From: Bacilli bacterium
Lineage (GTDB): Bacteria; Bacillota_I; Bacilli_A; ML615J-28; CAG-698
NCBI GenBank assembly: GCA_050953065.1
Contig: JBMNLZ010000003.1
Location: 128,001-192,000 of the forward strand
Length of the DNA: 64,000 nucleotides
Reading direction: 5' to 3'
The notes under the pieces are model-generated. The model had not been told where the DNA came from. It was given only the letters and a program-made list of their open reading frames with translations, and did not search any database. Positions 61,173 through 64,000 of this stretch are shown here, in pieces. Position 1 is the first letter of the stretch. Each line of letters opens with the position of its first letter. The position numbers were made by a program, and so were the translations under genes.

Positions 61173-61239
61173 ACATCTGTCCCCTTTTATATAGTATATA
61201 TTATACCATAAAACTCATTTTTTTTCAAACTCTAATTTT

Positions 61240-61268
61240 AAAAAAAGCCCTAGAATATCTAGGGCTTT
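61240..61268 (-). terminator. Terminator after YwqG-like gene
   Basis: AAAGCCCTAGA/TCTAGGGCTTT + T run. Confidence 0.8.
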
Positions 61269-61274
61269 AAAAAC

Positions 61275-61907
61275 TTAATCGCTAACTATACAAGTTCTAA
61301 CTCTTGAAAAATTCTCTTTTTCTAAGTCGTCCTCATCGATATAAAACACCAAAATACCTGTGTCTCCAAATTCGATTTCAAAATCTTCACCTAAAAAACT
61401 CTTAACTTGTAAAAGTGGAATCCAATCATCAATCATTTCATCAATAAAATCTTCAAATTCAAGAATTTCATATCCCAACATTTTATGAGGATTACCGTCA
61501 ACAATATCATCCTCATCATCTTCTGCAGCTTCAAAATTCATTGCAAGCGGAGCATATTCTTCTACCACAGTATGATCATGATCACCTTCATACGGTACTA
61601 GGCTACTGGTATTACCATCATAATATATGATGCGACATGAATTTGGTTCAATTGTAGAATCAGCCATTGTTTCTAAATCATAGAAAACATAAAGCATTCC
61701 CTTTTTAGGCAATCTTCTTTCTTTATCATATTTGGCTAATTCTTCTAAATTAATTTGACACAAGAAATTTAAATCATACTGATCTCCAGACTCAAGATAA
61801 TACGGCCATTGAAAACCTTCAAAGACATCTGGAATCCCCCAAAATCTACTAGCGCCTATTTCTAAACATTTATCATCATTTTCTAACCCTATTTTAATGC
61901 AATTCAT
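61275..61907 (-). CDS. YwqG/DUF1963 family acidic protein
   Basis: SRF.G.PD, FLCQINL, LP.KGMLYVFYD, HKMLGY, LLQ, FGDTG...FYI. Confidence 0.85.
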   Translation of the reverse strand: MNCIKIGLENDDKCLEIGASRFWGIPDVFEGFQWPYYLESGDQYDLNFLCQINLEELAKYDKERRLPKKGMLYVFYDLETMADSTIEPNSCRIIYYDGNTSSLVPYEGDHDHTVVEEYAPLAMNFEAAEDDEDDIVDGNPHKMLGYEILEFEDFIDEMIDDWIPLLQVKSFLGEDFEIEFGDTGILVFYIDEDDLEKENFSRVRTCIVSD

Positions 61908-62036
61908 AACTTATATAAATAGTAATTTTATTACTATTTTCCCCCTTTCAGAAAAATATTAAATAGTGTTTTATATAAATTCCTCCTACTTTAATTCTAA
62001 CATATAACTTTTCTTTAATCAACACTATACGGAATG

Positions 62037-62061
62037 AAAAACTCTCTTTTAAAGAGAGTTT
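62037..62061 (-). terminator. Terminator after decarboxylase beta gene
   Basis: AAACTCTCTTT/AAAGAGAGTTT. Confidence 0.7.
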
Positions 62062-62065
62062 AAGA

Positions 62066-63208
62066 TTAGCCAAAAAACGTTAATAACGCTCCAGCTGCAA
62101 TCGCTGAACCAATAACACCTGCAACATTTGGTCCCATTGCATGCATTAATAAATAATTAGTTTGATCGTATCTTTGACCTTCTTTTTGAACAACTCTAGC
62201 TGACATTGGCACAGCACTAACTCCAGCTGCTCCAATTAAAGGATTAACTTTACCCTTTGTTGCCCAGCACATTATTTTACCACCTAATACTCCACTAAAT
62301 GTAGAGAAAGAAAAAGCAATAACTCCAAGCCCTAAGATTAACAAGGTTTCAACAGCTAAGAATCTTTCTCCAGTTGCAGTTGCTCCAACGCTTACGCCTA
62401 GTAAAATAGTAACAATATAAAGCATTGCATTAGCAGAAACTTCTGTAAGTTTAGGTACAACACCTGATTCTTTAAATAAATTTCCAAGCATTAAGCAGCC
62501 AACTAAAGGTGCGCATGACGGTACTAATAACAATACTACTAAGGTAACAAGAATTGGAAATAAGATTTTTTCTAATTTACTCACTTCTCTTAATTGTTCC
62601 ATTTTAATTTCACGTTCTTTTTTTGTAGTCATCATTCTCATAATAGGAGGTTGAATTACAGGAACAAGTGCCATATAAGAATAAGCTGCTACACTAATCG
62701 CACCCAATAGGTGAGGTGCTAACTTATTAGTAAGATAAATTGCAGTTGGCCCATCAGCTCCACCTATTATAGCAATTGATGATGCTTCTAATCCATTAAA
62801 TTGAGGAAGTAAAATAGCTGCTAAGAAAGTTAAAAAAATTCCAAGTTGAGCAGCTCCCCCTAACAAAATGCTTTTAGGATTTGCAATTAAAGGCCCAAAA
62901 TCAGTTGTTGCACCAATTCCTAAAAAAATTAAAGCAGGATATATACCAAGTTTAACACCTTGATATAGATAATAAATTAATCCTCCAGCTTCTGTTTCGG
63001 TTGGTTCTGCCATAAGATTAGTAAAAGGTAAATTTACAAGTAGCATACCAAATGCAATCGGAACTAATAAATAAGGTTCAAATCCTTTTTTAATAGCTAA
63101 ATAAATTAAAACTAAAGATATTACTATCATAATTAAATTTTTCCAATTGCCTTCAAAAAAACTATATAACCCTGTTGATTTCCAAAACTCTATTAAAACT
63201 TCGCTCAT
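62066..63208 (-). CDS. Na+-translocating decarboxylase beta subunit (OadB/GcdB/MmdB family)
   Basis: FEPYLL, TDFGPL, IIGGADGPT, AAYSYMALVP, SAVPMSARV, HAMGPNVAGVIGS. Confidence 0.95.
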   Translation of the reverse strand: MSEVLIEFWKSTGLYSFFEGNWKNLIMIVISLVLIYLAIKKGFEPYLLVPIAFGMLLVNLPFTNLMAEPTETEAGGLIYYLYQGVKLGIYPALIFLGIGATTDFGPLIANPKSILLGGAAQLGIFLTFLAAILLPQFNGLEASSIAIIGGADGPTAIYLTNKLAPHLLGAISVAAYSYMALVPVIQPPIMRMMTTKKEREIKMEQLREVSKLEKILFPILVTLVVLLLVPSCAPLVGCLMLGNLFKESGVVPKLTEVSANAMLYIVTILLGVSVGATATGERFLAVETLLILGLGVIAFSFSTFSGVLGGKIMCWATKGKVNPLIGAAGVSAVPMSARVVQKEGQRYDQTNYLLMHAMGPNVAGVIGSAIAAGALLTFFG

Positions 63209-63226
63209 TTTTCACCATACCCCTTA

Positions 63227-63565
63227 TTAATTTGTTTTTTTAATAGATACGACATTAGCTTCTTCATTTAATTCATTTTTATATTCTATCGCTGCAACAA
63301 TTGCTGCAACTTCTGCTTCTTCATCATCGGTACTAACACCTACTGGTTGATGAACTATTTTGGGTTCAGTTTCAAGTGTTGCAACAGTTTTATCTTTTTC
63401 TGAAACTTCGCTTTTAGTAATTTTAATTCCCTTCAAAAAATTAATTAAGCCATATAATAATATTAAAATAATAAAAACTAAAAACATTGATACAAAAGTA
63501 ACAATCAAAGCCTCACCAAAATTTTCAGCTCCAAAATTTTCACCATCGTAAACTGCAAGAAACAT
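63227..63565 (-). CDS. Na+-translocating decarboxylase gamma/delta subunit (OadG family)
   Basis: Single TM (M.LVF.IL), linker, VAAIVAAI; upstream of beta subunit. Confidence 0.8.
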   Translation of the reverse strand: MFLAVYDGENFGAENFGEALIVTFVSMFLVFIILILLYGLINFLKGIKITKSEVSEKDKTVATLETEPKIVHQPVGVSTDDEEAEVAAIVAAIEYKNELNEEANVVSIKKTN

Positions 63566-63614
63566 TTTTCCACCTCAATAATACATTTTAACCTTTATAA
63601 GCCTATCTTTTTAT

Positions 63615-63643
63615 ATTTTATCATTTTATATAGAGTTTTGCAA
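63615..63643 (-). promoter_or_regulatory. Promoter of decarboxylase gamma-beta genes
   Basis: TTGCAA-17bp-TAAAAT with extended TG. Confidence 0.6.
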
Positions 63644-63665
63644 TCATTTTATATACTAGTTTTAC

Positions 63666-63694
63666 TTGTAAAAAAAACTATATTGTCTTATAAT
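63666..63694 (+). promoter_or_regulatory. Divergent promoter
   Basis: TTGTAA-17bp-TATAAT. Confidence 0.55.
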
Positions 63695-63721
63695 AAGTAT
63701 ATAAATAGAAAGGAGTTTATT

Positions 63722-63985
63722 ATGGCTAAAAGTTCTTTTGATGGAAAATTTATTGGTTTACTATCTTTTATTGCACTTGTAGTATGGGGCATTTGTAAGT
63801 TAATTGCTCAATTAGGTGGAGATGCTGGTGCCCTTGGTCACATTGGTACTATCTGTTTAATCGTAGCAACTTTTTTATCAGCTTGGAATTTTGTTTGCAA
63901 TAAAGCACAAGTTTGGAAAATCATCTATTTCGTACTTTTAATTTTTGTGATTATAATGTATCTATGGCCACATGTATTTAAATAA
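63722..63985 (+). CDS. Small 3-TM membrane protein, unknown function
   Basis: AAGGAG RBS before ATG 63722; three hydrophobic segments. Confidence 0.75.
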   Translation: MAKSSFDGKFIGLLSFIALVVWGICKLIAQLGGDAGALGHIGTICLIVATFLSAWNFVCNKAQVWKIIYFVLLIFVIIMYLWPHVFK

Positions 63986-64000
63986 GTCTTCATTAGAAGA

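Overview
AT-rich chromosomal window from a low-GC Gram-positive-type (Bacillota/Bacilli) bacterium, read with genetic code 11. It has a T-box, a CIRCE box and sigma-A promoters, and almost every gene is on the minus strand. An Acholeplasmatales/Izemoplasmatales-like origin is plausible but cannot be proven from this window. Left to right it holds: a truncated HD-GYP + degenerate-EAL gene (missed by the ORF track) with a structured leader; two paralogous TasA/camelysin-class proteins with SipW-type signal peptides; a ~22 kb Wzx/Wzy polysaccharide operon (L-FucNAc/FucNAm, Qui4NAc and GalNAcA pathways) headed by its own wHTH regulator and operator; an AAA_14/DUF4143 ATPase preceded by 3 x 23-bp tandem repeats; CIRCE-hsp20-groES-groEL; two GHL10 surface glycoside hydrolases with a Gly-Cys/TM/basic C-terminal tail; pstSCAB-phoU-phoPR-acyltransferase with Pho boxes; a GH114 lipoprotein; tRNA-Leu(TAG); a his operon lacking hisH; a Met T-box met operon with split MetH; luxS, xth, citrate synthase, YwqG and an orphan Na+-decarboxylase gamma/beta pair. 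No CRISPR array, IS element or prophage was seen. Best candidates for novelty: a c-di-GMP/TasA-like fibre/EPS biofilm locus, the repeat-associated AAA-DUF4143 gene, a Cys-containing C-terminal sorting signal, a PDZ-like insert in PstA, and parallel absence of glutaminase subunits. All family assignments come from motifs recognised by eye; no searches or folding calculations were run.
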